A stretch of DNA of 62,479 nucleotides, counting the filler, from Globobulimina sp. (Eukaryota): NCBI GenBank assembly GCA_003354225.1. It is 34 parts of 34 records of this genome, joined end to end, with 100 filler letters (N's around TTAATTAATTAA, not from the genome) between each part and the next. Parts side by side here need not be neighbours in the genome. Positions count along the whole stretch, not along the records: positions 23,938 to 25,678 come from PIVH01012488.1; positions 25,779 to 27,519 come from PIVH01012489.1; positions 27,620 to 29,360 come from PIVH01012490.1; positions 29,461 to 31,201 come from PIVH01012491.1; positions 31,302 to 33,042 come from PIVH01012492.1; positions 33,143 to 34,882 come from PIVH01012493.1; positions 34,983 to 36,722 come from PIVH01012494.1; 27 more parts are not named here. One strand, given 5' to 3'. The notes under the pieces were generated by a model that was not told the DNA's origin, made no database searches, and saw only the letters and a program-made list of their open reading frames with translations. Every line of letters begins with the position of its first letter. Positions within the stretch are counted from its first letter, which is position 1. Positions 24,702 to 35,546 of the stretch are shown piece after piece. A program made the translations under genes and the position numbers.

Positions 24702-25242
24702 TGCTGTTTTTCACAACTGTGATTTAAATATAAGAATATGTAGCCAAGTAGAAAACCTGGTTCACTTTGAGTACCGTATGAGCAGAGCAGCAAAGCTCTT
24801 GGTAATAGTTGGTATGTTGTTCGTGAAGTTTTGTGGTGATGACTACCTAGTGCATGGCCATCATCAATATATATATTCAGAGCAGTTTGTATCCAGCCAG
24901 AGCAGTTTGTATGTGATCGCTATATTTCATATTTTGAAACTGTATCCCTACCTGATAAATTGTTTGTATTATCATCAAATACATCCAAATCAATATCAGG
25001 GTCGTCATCCGATAATTCTTCTAAAATGCAGAATTCAGCCACATCATACACACTCAACCGTGGCATATGATCTTCTTCTTCTTAGTTAGTTTGAAAAAAT
25101 CGCCCTCATCGATAATGTGTATCCCTACCTAGACCGATCACATAGTTAAACGGGCATTTATTTATGAATACTGCAATATTGGTAAAAATATGAAATCATC
25201 GATGAATACTGCAATATTGGTATTTCCGATGAAATATCCAAA

Positions 25243-25510
25243 TTAATTATTACATTTTCAGATTTTATAACAACATGGTACCCCTAATAACAATTATAAC
25301 ATTGTGTTTTGTACATGAAATCTCCAATATAACTTTTTGGAGAGGCATCGACTATAAGGAACAGCCGATGCGTGGGTATGGTGACGATTAATAGGAATTT
25401 TCTGAAACAAAACATTATATTGAGATTTCATATGTTGTTATATTGAAACAAAAAATACAAGGTTATTAGGGGTACCATGTTGTTATAAAATCTAAAAATG
25501 TAATAATTAA
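25243..25510. mobile_element. MITE/foldback element with about 49-bp inverted repeats bounded by TTAA
   Basis: 25243-25291 vs 25462-25510 with one mismatch; a further imperfect inner inverted repeat (ATGAAATCTC / GAGATTTCAT). Confidence 0.72.
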
Positions 25511-25780
25511 GAATTCTGATTAACTAAGAATTCTGATTAACTAAGAATTCTGAAATGAGCGAAAATTATATCTTTGAAGTTTTTTTTTGTTTCACAACTA
25601 ATCATTACTTGTCCAACTAGAAACAGACAATCAAAAAATATCCACATATTTATTCAATGGCCGCAAAACAAACAGAAANNNNNNNNNNNNNNNNNNNNNN
25701 NNNNNNNNNNNNNNNNNNNNNNTTAATTAATTAANNNNNNNNNNNNNNNNNNNNNNNNNNNNNNNNNNNNNNNNNNNNGA

Positions 25781-25876
25781 TTAGCTAGAGTGGTTTTCAA
25801 CTTCGAATACTAGGATTACTAGGTCATCGAATACTAGGTCAAGTTCGAATACTAGGTTGAAAACCACTCTAGCTAA
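25781..25876. mobile_element. 96-bp mini-MITE with 21-bp inverted repeats
   Basis: TTAGCTAGAGTGGTTTTCAAC ... GTTGAAAACCACTCTAGCTAA; internal TCGAATACTAGG x3. Confidence 0.75.
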
Positions 25877-26042
25877 CCCAAAAACTTTGCCAATCGATGA
25901 AATGAAATGAAACGAAACTAAGCCAAAAAAGTTAAATGTGATGTTCAAAATGTTATTTTTATTAAATTATTTTATATTGTTTCAAACTGTTAACTGGTAT
26001 ATGTTATATATTTACAATTACAGCACAGAAAATAGTATGTTA

Positions 26043-26846
26043 TTATTCATCAGTTTTTGTTTCCTGAGCGGACCCAATTTGTGATAGTTTATTTAAGCCA
26101 GCAATAACAGCCAATTTCTTATATTTTACCACATATTGATTTTGCTGCACAAGACAAGCATTATCGCCATGATATTTGTCTTCATTTATAAATCGTTGTT
26201 GTAATGCTTGCATTTCCCTTAACACCCTCGATACATTAAATCTTAATTCATGAAATTTATCAATTGAGCATTCCATATATTTTATCCTTCCATCGCTTAA
26301 CGTAATGCTTAAAACCAAGGATGGCTTCAACACTCTCTTTAAATTGCTATTCGAGATCGTCACATCCAATCTCCATCGTAAACTTTGAAAATGTGGGTAC
26401 GACACATCGCTTTCATCCATTTCTATCTTGTTAGAAACATTCCGGTTTTTATAGATTTTCTTAATTAATTTTATTATCATTTTAATAATATCACTGTTGC
26501 CAATTCCTAATAACTTCAATTCTTTTTCATATTTTCTGTCTGAATCGACCGCTGATAATAAGCCATAGCTTCGATATCCACTTTGAATAATATCTGCTAA
26601 CACAATTACTTCCAATTTTTTACTTAATTTATCTGATGAGACTGTCGCTGATAACGATACGTCCGATATTGTGGCATTTATTGTTACCAAAATTTTGGTT
26701 AATTCGCCCGTTGATGTTGAATTTATCCATTTTATAAATTTCGATAATTTCTTTGCACGATCTTTAAATAATGGCGCATAAAATGCATCTGCAGGATATG
26801 ATTGCGATGACCTGCCTTTTCTTGGTGAACTACGTCTGTTTGCCAT
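26043..26846 (-). CDS. COMMD5: COMM domain-containing protein 5-like
   Basis: PHFQSLRWRLDVTISNSNLKRVLKPSLVLSITLSDG...FHELRFNVSRVLREM. Confidence 0.82.
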   Translation of the reverse strand: MANRRSSPRKGRSSQSYPADAFYAPLFKDRAKKLSKFIKWINSTSTGELTKILVTINATISDVSLSATVSSDKLSKKLEVIVLADIIQSGYRSYGLLSAVDSDRKYEKELKLLGIGNSDIIKMIIKLIKKIYKNRNVSNKIEMDESDVSYPHFQSLRWRLDVTISNSNLKRVLKPSLVLSITLSDGRIKYMECSIDKFHELRFNVSRVLREMQALQQRFINEDKYHGDNACLVQQNQYVVKYKKLAVIAGLNKLSQIGSAQETKTDE

Positions 26847-26895
26847 GGATTAAACACAGAAAACCCAATTAAAAACCTCTTAATTAATTAAATTG

Positions 26896-27519
26896 ATGGC
26901 AACCCACATCAAAAAACTACTGGTGGTTGGCTCGGGGAGAATGGGTCAAATTCGAATGCAAACATCAAGGCTGATTCCAAACATTCAACTGTGCGGTGTT
27001 GTGGATGCAAACTTGGAGAACGCCAAAAAACTCGGTCAACAATACCAAATTCCGTATGCTGCAAATATCAAATCATTTATCAAAGTATGTATTAAACTCT
27101 CTATATTTACATGGGAAATATCATAATTGTTACTGTGCAGACTGAAGGAGCACCGGACGGCATATGGTTAGCAACACCAACAGCAACCCACGAGGAACTA
27201 ATCGAGTATGCAGCATCCCAATGTATCCCAGTTGCAACTGAGAAGCCAGTGGCAATGGATGCAGTTACAACGGAGAAATGTTATAAATTGTGTCAAGATG
27301 CGAAGGTCGCCTTATTTTGCGGATTCCAACGCAGAGTGGATCCACATTATCAAGGAATAACTCAACATTTAAGGAGTGGCAATATTGGCAATATACAATC
27401 AATGCACTCGATATTTCGTGATTCGCCGGCACCGCCAATAGAGTTTTTGCTTTGTGGTGGCGATCTATTTCATGACTGTGGTGTGCATGACATTGACTTT
27501 GCGAGGTCATTGATGGATG
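26896..27519 (+). CDS. Gfo/Idh/MocA oxidoreductase (myo-inositol 2-dehydrogenase-like); 3'-partial; intron 27085-27140
   Basis: VVGSGRMG, ATPTATH, EKPVA, GFQRRVDP, DCGVHDID. Confidence 0.88.
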
Positions 27520-27821
27520 NNNNNNNNNNNNNNNNNNNNNNNNNNNNNNNNNNNNNNNNNNNNTTAATTAATTAANNNNNNNNNNNNNNNNNNNNNNNNN
27601 NNNNNNNNNNNNNNNNNNNAATAAACCAAACAACAAAAACAAATAAACATAATAATGATTTATGAAATATCAAGTTAATAATCAAAGGATTGGGTAGGAA
27701 TAGGATAAGGATGTAATGATATTTACAATATTTAAATAGCTAGTAACGAGTAATGGGTTATGTCAATGTCATATATGTTGAAATTGAAATGATAATTCAA
27801 TGTATTATTGCATTATATTAA

Positions 27822-28617
27822 TTATATTAATTGACACGAACAGCCATCACCGTCCGATTGTTGTTGTTTTTTGTTCATATTATTGAAATCAATATTTTTC
27901 GTCGTATCCTCAGGCTCAACATTTTCTTGTTCCAACTTTCTATTATTTTTCATGACTTTGGTGATTATAAAATTCATTCCTTTCTTGACATTTAATCCCG
28001 TTTTTGCAGAGGTTGTAAACCATCCAACATAATGATTCTCGTGACAGAAATCATCTAATTCGTCATCTGAAACTGTTCTATTTTGATCGTTTTCATCCAC
28101 CAAATCCCACTAAAACAACCATAGTATTATATTATATATTCATTGTTGCGTTTTTGCGTTACATATTAGTGATAACTTAACTTTATTTGCAAACAAAACC
28201 ACAGGGATATTGTCACCATTTCTGAGGAATACCTTATCATCGACATCGGCCTTCCATTTTTTCGCATTTTCTAAAGTGTCACGTTTGGTAATATCAAATA
28301 CAACAATGGCAGCAACGGCATGTTTATAATAAGTGGGGGCTAATCCAATAAACCTTTCTTGCCCGGCAATGTCCCATAACTGTACATTTAATAAACTATC
28401 TTCAACGCGAACTCGCTTCAATGCAAAGTCTACGCCCAATGTCGCATTATGATTCGGATCGAATGTTTTATAAACATAGCGCTGAATCATTGAGGTTTTA
28501 CCTGTGGCCACATCTCCAATTACTAATATTTTTGCTACTGTCCCTTTATCAGATCGCGAGGACTAAAAAACAAAATAATAATAGTAACAATACCACGCAT
28601 GACATACAACATACCAT
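27822..28617 (-). CDS. Rab32/Rab38/Rab29-family GTPase; introns 28563-28614 and 28110-28181
   Basis: Spliced product M|SSRSDKGTVAKILVIGDVATGKTS...WDIAGQE (Rab32/38/29 signature)...FANK|WDL...TSAK...CSCQLI. Confidence 0.9.
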
Positions 28618-28689
28618 AATCACAGAAGGATGCTCTGTCAGACAGCTAGAAAAAACTTTTTTATTTATTATTATTTACTCAACAAGATA

Positions 28690-29328
28690 ATGGCTTTGGA
28701 TTGGGCGAATATTCCTCTTTGGGAACCAGGAGAGATTGCATTGCTTACATTGATTGCACTTTTATTGGCATTATTATTTGCAATGTTGACATGCATTGTC
28801 TACTATGGCTTTATATATCATTCTTTAAAACGAAATGAAGGCAAACCATTATTCAACAGTGATTGTGGTGATGGGCCCGCATATAATTCAACCGTCCGAC
28901 CACATTCATACAGAGCCGAGAGCTCCGATGAAGACGAAGATGATATGGAATCGCAGCAAAATAATATAAATATGGCCAATACAGATATGCGGAAATCATT
29001 TGGCCGTGGACCATTAAATAGATCCGCCAATATGCACCGATACAACACAACTACTATGACAACGGCGCAATCTGCCTCAACTGAGTCCGATTCGACTACA
29101 CAAAGTAGCGACGACTCACAGTCGCAAAGTGATACTAATTCAAATTCGAATGATAACTCCAACTCTAATGACGAAGATGATGATATTGACAACAACCACA
29201 ATATAAATATAAATCATGCACAGGCACAATTGCGTGCGTATAACAATATTAATTATATTGGTGCCCATGGCCATGGCCACGGCCACGGACAGCATCCAGT
29301 CATGCCGTATATAGGTACAGTGTTTTAA
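28690..29328 (+). CDS. Single-pass membrane protein with Ser/Asn/Asp-rich tail
   Basis: Long hydrophobic segment near the N-terminus, then low-complexity sequence. Confidence 0.65.
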   Translation: MALDWANIPLWEPGEIALLTLIALLLALLFAMLTCIVYYGFIYHSLKRNEGKPLFNSDCGDGPAYNSTVRPHSYRAESSDEDEDDMESQQNNINMANTDMRKSFGRGPLNRSANMHRYNTTTMTTAQSASTESDSTTQSSDDSQSQSDTNSNSNDNSNSNDEDDDIDNNHNININHAQAQLRAYNNINYIGAHGHGHGHGQHPVMPYIGTVF

Positions 29329-29460
29329 TGGTATGACCCTATCCTTGCACTTTGTATACGNNNNNNNNNNNNNNNNNNNNNNNNNNNNNNNNNNNNNNNN
29401 NNNNTTAATTAATTAANNNNNNNNNNNNNNNNNNNNNNNNNNNNNNNNNNNNNNNNNNNN

Positions 29461-30570
29461 ATTTATATTATAACCAATTTCTTGCATCAGACGATCAACT
29501 TTGTAATGCGAATCAAAATCACAGCCTCCGACCTCATATCCGGTTGGCATTAAATGTACCTGTTCATTGAGCGTAAAATGAGAAACAATATTTAATTTTA
29601 TTTTATTTGTTTTACCAATATCCTCCAGAATCGTCCATACTTTTTGTTTCATGCTCTCATCCTCATATTTTACTGCAGCTCTATGAAAATTAATTAAATG
29701 ATCAACCGATAACTCTCTTAAATTGAAATGTTCTTCAACAATATTGAAGATATCATGCAATATTTCTTTTGGAATTGCATGCTGTGAAGCTAACAATATC
29801 AAGGCATCAATATCATGCTTTCCATTCTTCCATTTTCTGATAAAATTATGATAGAATGAGCACATTTCATCAACTTGGCCAAGATTGCCATAACTATCCA
29901 ATATCTGAATAAACTGCAACTTGTTTGTTGCCAGTAAAGCTAACATTGATTCATTGTTTGATAACTCACACAATAAATGCTTAGCCATTCCACGGTTTTC
30001 TTCATCAAAATATCGAGAAAATGACAATACAGCCAAACAATAACAATGTAGACTCAGCTTTACATTCTGTTCATTCACAGCCAAATGCCACATATCGAGC
30101 AAAATATGCTTTGCAAAGAAATTCTTTGTTTTATTGATGCATAATATCAGCGATTGGAATGCTGCAGAATTTAATCGTACTTCTTTATCACTTAATATAT
30201 CCATCCAAATATCAGCAATGTGCTCTGGCTCTCCATGCCGTATACAATGATGCAAGATACAAATTAATATGTCTCGGTTTAATCTGATTCCAGAACTTAA
30301 CATATTTTTATATTCTTTGATCATGTCATTGGTGCATTCCATCAATCCAAATGCATCAATAATTGCTAAATATTCCTTGCAAGTCAACTGTTGATCGAAT
30401 GACTTAATTGTTGCAATCAATTTATTTATACATTCTTCGTTGTCCAGATGTTTATTGTTATTTACTGTCAATAATATCTGTGTAAAATTGTCAATGTGAC
30501 CATGCTTTAATTGAAACACAGGAAATGAACACAGCTCGCTTGCGACATTGTTTTTAATGTTTTCATAAAA
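29461..30570 (-). CDS. PPR-like helical repeat protein with an E+/DYW-like segment at the contig edge; partial at both ends
   Basis: About 35-aa repeats (YLAIIDAFG..EYKNMLSSGIRLN; FIQILDSYGNLGQVDEMCSFY); tail SHFTLNEQVHLMPTG...VDRLMQEIGY. Exon begins after an AG at 30571-30572. Confidence 0.65.
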
Positions 30571-30667
30571 CTATATTGTACAACACACAAAAACATAACA
30601 ATTGAATTAGAGGCAAATACAAAAAAAAATCTTTTAATTAAAATATGCGTATATGCATATGATGGTG

Positions 30668-31201
30668 TTAGAAATCAACTGCAGAACAGATTGCCCTAAA
30701 TCCATAATCACCAAAAGTCTCTTTGAAATATGTTGGTTCGATATGAACTGAGAAATAAGCATATGCATTACTGTCATTACATTGGAATTCATCACTATTG
30801 ATTGTGATTGTTGATGCAACCGGACTAATATGACATGGCCATTCTGTGTTTGATGCATCAACATTAAGCCATTCTGTATAATCCGGAGTAACAGCCCACA
30901 TAAATGTATTCAATCCCACTGTTTCATTCGTGCAGGTTGTAAATTGTACTGCATTGTATGAGCATGGCACGAAGATAGAATACGTTACTGAAGATACGGC
31001 GTCATCAAAGGTTCCCGTATCATACTCATTGCAGGCTATAGTGTGAGTATTGTAACGTGCGGTAGTATTGCAAGCCTCATCACTGCCATCAACACAATCA
31101 ACCCAATCATCGCAGATCCATTCATTTGGAATACATTCACCAGACCCACATTGAAATTGATCTCCTGTACATTCAAAATATTGACACAACTGTTCGTCAC
31201 T
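30668..31201 (-). CDS. LDL-receptor class A repeat protein, C-terminal fragment
   Basis: [34 protein letters not shown]. Confidence 0.88.
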   Translation of the reverse strand, partial: SDEQLCQYFECTGDQFQCGSGECIPNEWICDDWVDCVDGSDEACNTTARYNTHTIACNEYDTGTFDDAVSSVTYSIFVPCSYNAVQFTTCTNETVGLNTFMWAVTPDYTEWLNVDASNTEWPCHISPVASTITINSDEFQCNDSNAYAYFSVHIEPTYFKETFGDYGFRAICSAVDF

Positions 31202-31324
31202 NNNNNNNNNNNNNNNNNNNNNNNNNNNNNNNNNNNNNNNNNNNNTTAATTAATTAANNNNNNNNNNNNNNNNNNNNNNNNNNNNNNNNNNNNNNNNNNN
31301 NAATTACTATAAATTTTTAATTAA

Positions 31325-31669
31325 TTAATTCCAAACACAACAACATAATGGAGTTGGAATAAATGTATCAGTACAAAAATATTTAAAGTCGTGACATTCA
31401 CAGCAAATACTTAATAATATTTCTGTTCGTTTTTTCATATAATAATTACCGATATATTTATTGTTTCCAACCAATCCATTTATAACATCAATGTCATCGA
31501 CCATTAAATAAACACAATGGTATTGACATATTAAATCGTCTGTTTTTTCTTCCCTTCTTTCCATACTTTTTATAACTCGGAGTAAATCAACATTTCTCTC
31601 AATGTGATCCATCTGATATACATAATTCAATATAATATCTTCAATAACTTTGGGTAATAATTCAAACAT
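31325..31669 (-). CDS. Small hypothetical protein, large-DNA-virus-like
   Basis: Intronless 114 aa; N-terminus LPKVIEDIILNYVYQMDH resembles short F-box-like starts of viral ORFans (recognition only); Cys-rich end. Confidence 0.5.
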   Translation of the reverse strand: MFELLPKVIEDIILNYVYQMDHIERNVDLLRVIKSMERREEKTDDLICQYHCVYLMVDDIDVINGLVGNNKYIGNYYMKKRTEILLSICCECHDFKYFCTDTFIPTPLCCCVWN

Positions 31670-31696
31670 TAATTTTTATATATTTTATTAATCGGA

Positions 31697-31704
31697 TCAA
31701 TTTT
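31697..31704 (-). promoter_or_regulatory. AAAATTGA motif (Mimiviridae early-promoter consensus) upstream of ORF 31325-31669
   Basis: Exact octamer on the coding strand about 28 nt before the ATG; could arise by chance in AT-rich DNA. Confidence 0.35.
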
Positions 31705-31727
31705 AATAATTTTTTTATAATTCATTC

Positions 31728-31976
31728 TTATCGACTCGGTAACATTGACATTACCAATCCCAAAATATAATGATTAATATGATCATAATTTTCATCAACT
31801 TCAAAAGGTTTGATAGTTCCAATAGGAAAGAATGAATCATTATCTAAATTAAAAATTAAATTATCTTGAATAGTAATACAATTTTTCAAATGTGACTTGG
31901 TACTTATGTGTTTTTTATTAGTAGTCTTAATAGTCTTATCGCATCTGCTACATATCCAAATTTTTGATGATGACAT
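31728..31976 (-). CDS. Small C2H2-like zinc-finger protein
   Basis: CSRCDKTIKTTNKKHISTKSH. Confidence 0.55.
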   Translation of the reverse strand: MSSSKIWICSRCDKTIKTTNKKHISTKSHLKNCITIQDNLIFNLDNDSFFPIGTIKPFEVDENYDHINHYILGLVMSMLPSR

Positions 31977-32051
31977 ATAAAAATTAATTATATATATTAT
32001 ACCTTTTTTAAAAATTTATAGCAAAACCAATATAACAAATTATAATTTTAT

Positions 32052-32546
32052 TGCTGGTGTTGCTGGTGTCACTGGTTTTTTACTATTTGGTGGTGCTGGT
32101 GTTACAGTTGTTGTTATCATTGGTTGTGATTCGGACCTTGGTATTATTAGTGTTGCTGGTGTTGCTGGTGTTACTGGTGTTGGATTAAATGTTTCGGTCG
32201 TTTACTTTAAATGTTTCGGTCGACGGTCTAAATGTTTCGGTCATTAAAGTTAAATATAATTAAATGTTTCTGTCGTTGTGTTAATGTTTCGGTCGTTAAG
32301 TTAAAAATAATTAAATGTTTCGGTCATTAAAGTTAAATATAAAAAAATGTTTCTGTAGTTGTGTTAATGTTTCGGTCGTTAAGTTAAATGTTTCGGTTCA
32401 TTTAGTTGTAAGTGGTCCTTGTAATTATATGTTGTGTTAAAATTAATCATAAAAAACATCATACTTACAGAGCTCATAACGCCGTCAAACCATTGTATGT
32501 CTTGGTTAATACCAAATATGTTTCGGCTAATACCAAATATGTTTCG
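32052..32546. repeat. Iteron-like repeat region: (T)GCTGGTGT repeats, then nine AATGTTTC(G/T)GT copies and two TAATACCAAATATGTTTCG copies
   Basis: Core copies start at 32188, 32210, 32231, 32263, 32283, 32314, 32346, 32366 and 32387. Confidence 0.85.
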
Positions 32547-32789
32547 ATGAATGCATTGTTGTTTCAGTGAATACATCTTATGTTATAGTAATCCATAAAT
32601 ATTTATAATCTATTATACTTTCTTGTTAAACTACTTGTATGTTTTGCTGAACTACTTGTTGTTGCTGTTACTCCTTGTAATTCTCTTGGTGGTAGTGGTA
32701 CTTTTTTTTTTTCGTAGCCTAAGATTATACCAAATACCCATACCTGTCACGGTCAATAGTTAAATTAAATAAAAAAAAATTAAAACAAT

Positions 32790-33014
32790 TCAAAAATCCA
32801 AATCAATTAATCTTTGCAATTCACTGAATGGTTGCTTGGCCACCTCAACAACAACACGCTTCAATTCCTCATCATCAATTGATGTCAATGTAAATTGTGA
32901 TGTCTTTTTGTGATGTTGACGGAATTCACCCTTTCCACAATATTCAATAATAAAATGCTTCAACACCAAATGAAAATCGACCGATGTGATATGATTAATC
33001 CGTGATAATACCAA
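32790..33014 (-). CDS. Hypothetical protein, C-terminal fragment
   Basis: Open frame near the contig edge; no family recognised. Confidence 0.35.
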   Translation of the reverse strand: MVLSRINHITSVDFHLVLKHFIIEYCGKGEFRQHHKKTSQFTLTSIDDEELKRVVVEVAKQPFSELQRLIDLDF

Positions 33015-33590
33015 TGCCTTTGCATATTTTTTTAATAAATTANNNNNNNNNNNNNNNNNNNNNNNNNNNNNNNNNNNNNNNNNNNNTTAATTAATTAANN
33101 NNNNNNNNNNNNNNNNNNNNNNNNNNNNNNNNNNNNNNNNNNGAGGAAACAAATGATATTCAAATCCGATTAAAAACATTTTATTTAACTGAAATGACAT
33201 TGAATACAAATTTAAATAATATGAAAGCAATGGATAAGGAAAAACGTTTGGAAAAATCAAATGTGTTTTGTTCAGATATCAATAAAAATGTTTTTATAAA
33301 TCCAAATCAATTAAGTGAATATTTTTATAATAAAATTGGTTTTAATCAACATTAATGTTAATAGTTTCAACTGTTTATATGTTCATAGAAAAATAAATAT
33401 TAATAATTATTGAATCCCAATACAGTATCATTGTTTTATGAGGCATCTAAAAATGTATTCATGCTTACTAACTATTATCAGTATTATGACTTTACTACAT
33501 TCACCACACGCAAACAACACAGGATTGACCTTACACTCTCGATCTAGCCAGCTTCAAAACTTTTTTCTTCAAAACACTTTATTAACATAG

Positions 33591-34882
33591 ATGCTGTCCA
33601 AATTAACTGCTCGAGCATATCGCTCAATAAAACCAAGATGCCACAAACTCAGAACAAACTTGTCATGCCACACACCGATCACATCATTCGTATGTTTTAA
33701 TTCCGTTTCCTATCCTGATCACCCACAATGAAAATAATCAAATATGACATAGCTACTACATTCGAGAAAGACCTTATCTACATCTGTATGAACAACACTA
33801 TTCATTCACCCATTCATTAATGACAAATGAACCTCACATAATATGAATAATGATATCAGAGTGCCGGTCAATACACAGTAATCGACCATGAATACGACGT
33901 GGTAGTGGTGGGTGCAGGCGGTGCCGGCTTACGCGCAACTATGGGCTGCGCCGGTGCGGGCTTAAAAACTGCCTGCATTTCTAAACTGTTTCCTACGCGC
34001 TCTCATACGGTGGCTGCGCAGGTACTGTTCCACAGCACACAGCGTACTGGTGTCTAGTGCAAGGATATAACCTCTAAATAAAGGGCGGAGTGAATGCAGC
34101 ATTGGGTAATATGCACGAAGATGACTGGAAATGGCATGCATATGACACAGTAAAAGGGAGTGATTGGTTGGGTGATCAGGACAGCATTCAATATATGTGT
34201 CAAAATGCACCCATTGCTGGTATAGCGCATATAAATTCCATTCAACTCAGTACTGCAATGGATAGCATTTCGGAATAAGTTTGAAACGAATTCATTGTGG
34301 ATTGATTGAATGAAATTATATGTACAGTGCGCGAACTCGAGTCCTATGGTATGCCCTTTTCGCGGACAGAAGACGGCAAAATCTATCAACGTGCGTTTGG
34401 TGGACAATCTACGCAATTTGGAAAAGGCGGTCAAGCGTATCGCTGTGCCGCAGCGGCGGATCGGACGGGACACGCAATGTTGCACACAATGTATGGACAG
34501 TCACTCAAATACGACACTTCCTATTTTATCGAGTACTTTGCATTGGACTTAATCACTGACACAGCGAGCGATGGTTCGCCCATTGTACGGGGCGTAATGG
34601 CCATGTGTTTAGAAGATGGCACTTTCCATCGCTTCAATTGTTCGCGCACAGTAATCGCGACCGGCGGCTATGGCAGAGCCTATTTTTCATGCACCTCCGC
34701 CCATACATGTACGGGGGATGGCAATGGCATGTTGGCCAGAGCGGGTTTTCCAAATCAAGACTTAGAGTTTGTACAGTTTCATCCCACTGGCATTTATGGC
34801 GCAGGCTGTTTAATAACGGAAGGATGCCGCGGCGAAGGAGGGTATTTAAGAAATGCAAATGGCGAACGGTTTATGGAACGAT
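33591..34882 (+). CDS. SDHA: Mitochondrial succinate dehydrogenase flavoprotein subunit; 3'-partial; introns 33690-33752, 33786-33859, 34022-34083, 34220-34327
   Basis: Basic presequence [69 protein letters not shown]; all four GT-AG introns preserve frame. Confidence 0.97.
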
Positions 34883-35546
34883 NNNNNNNNNNNNNNNNNN
34901 NNNNNNNNNNNNNNNNNNNNNNNNNNTTAATTAATTAANNNNNNNNNNNNNNNNNNNNNNNNNNNNNNNNNNNNNNNNNNNNCACTTGGGCAGAGATTTA
35001 CGGCTGTATTCGCTTGCAAATATTCCTCAAAACCTTGCAATTGAAAGCGAACAAATGGGTCGTTATTATCACACACGATTCGGGCTATAATATCAATGCA
35101 GAGGCAGCCTGGCCGCAATTTGAAGACTGACACGTAAAATTTTGCCTATTTTGCCGTAACCATTTTGCCTTAACCATTTTGCCTTAACCATGAGTTCGAG
35201 AGATAACCCCCAGGCCCCCAGGTCGTTTTACATGATCGGAGTTCAACTTTTGCAGTTGATCGATGAGATGGAGGGTATCCATGTATGGGGTTATCGTTCG
35301 GAATTCATCGTTTAAACCAGTCTGTACGTACATTGGACGTACAATATATAAGAACAACACAGCTTACGACGTACGTCACATAGTCATACTTATTTACATC
35401 AAACAAAATACGATAGAATAAGCAGTACTGTACATATATATATTACTCATTTCCTGCTGTCCGGGTAGTTTCATTATGTGGTCCAGGCGCATACAACTCA
35501 TCATCATCATCATCAACATACTCGTTTATTTTCACATTTTCTTTAT

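Noticed and set aside
26880-26891. TTAATTAATTAA without Ns inside the COMMD5/oxidoreductase spacer
   Set aside because: The surrounding contig has the normal length for this series, so a natural AT-rich occurrence is more likely than a hidden linker.
30571-30668. LDLa and PPR ORFs as one fused gene
   Set aside because: The LDLa ORF has its own stop and no plausible exon links the two; a chimeric join is more likely.
32188-32400. CRISPR array
   Set aside because: Repeat is only 11-13 bp, spacers are 8-20 bp and themselves duplicated, and no cas genes are present.
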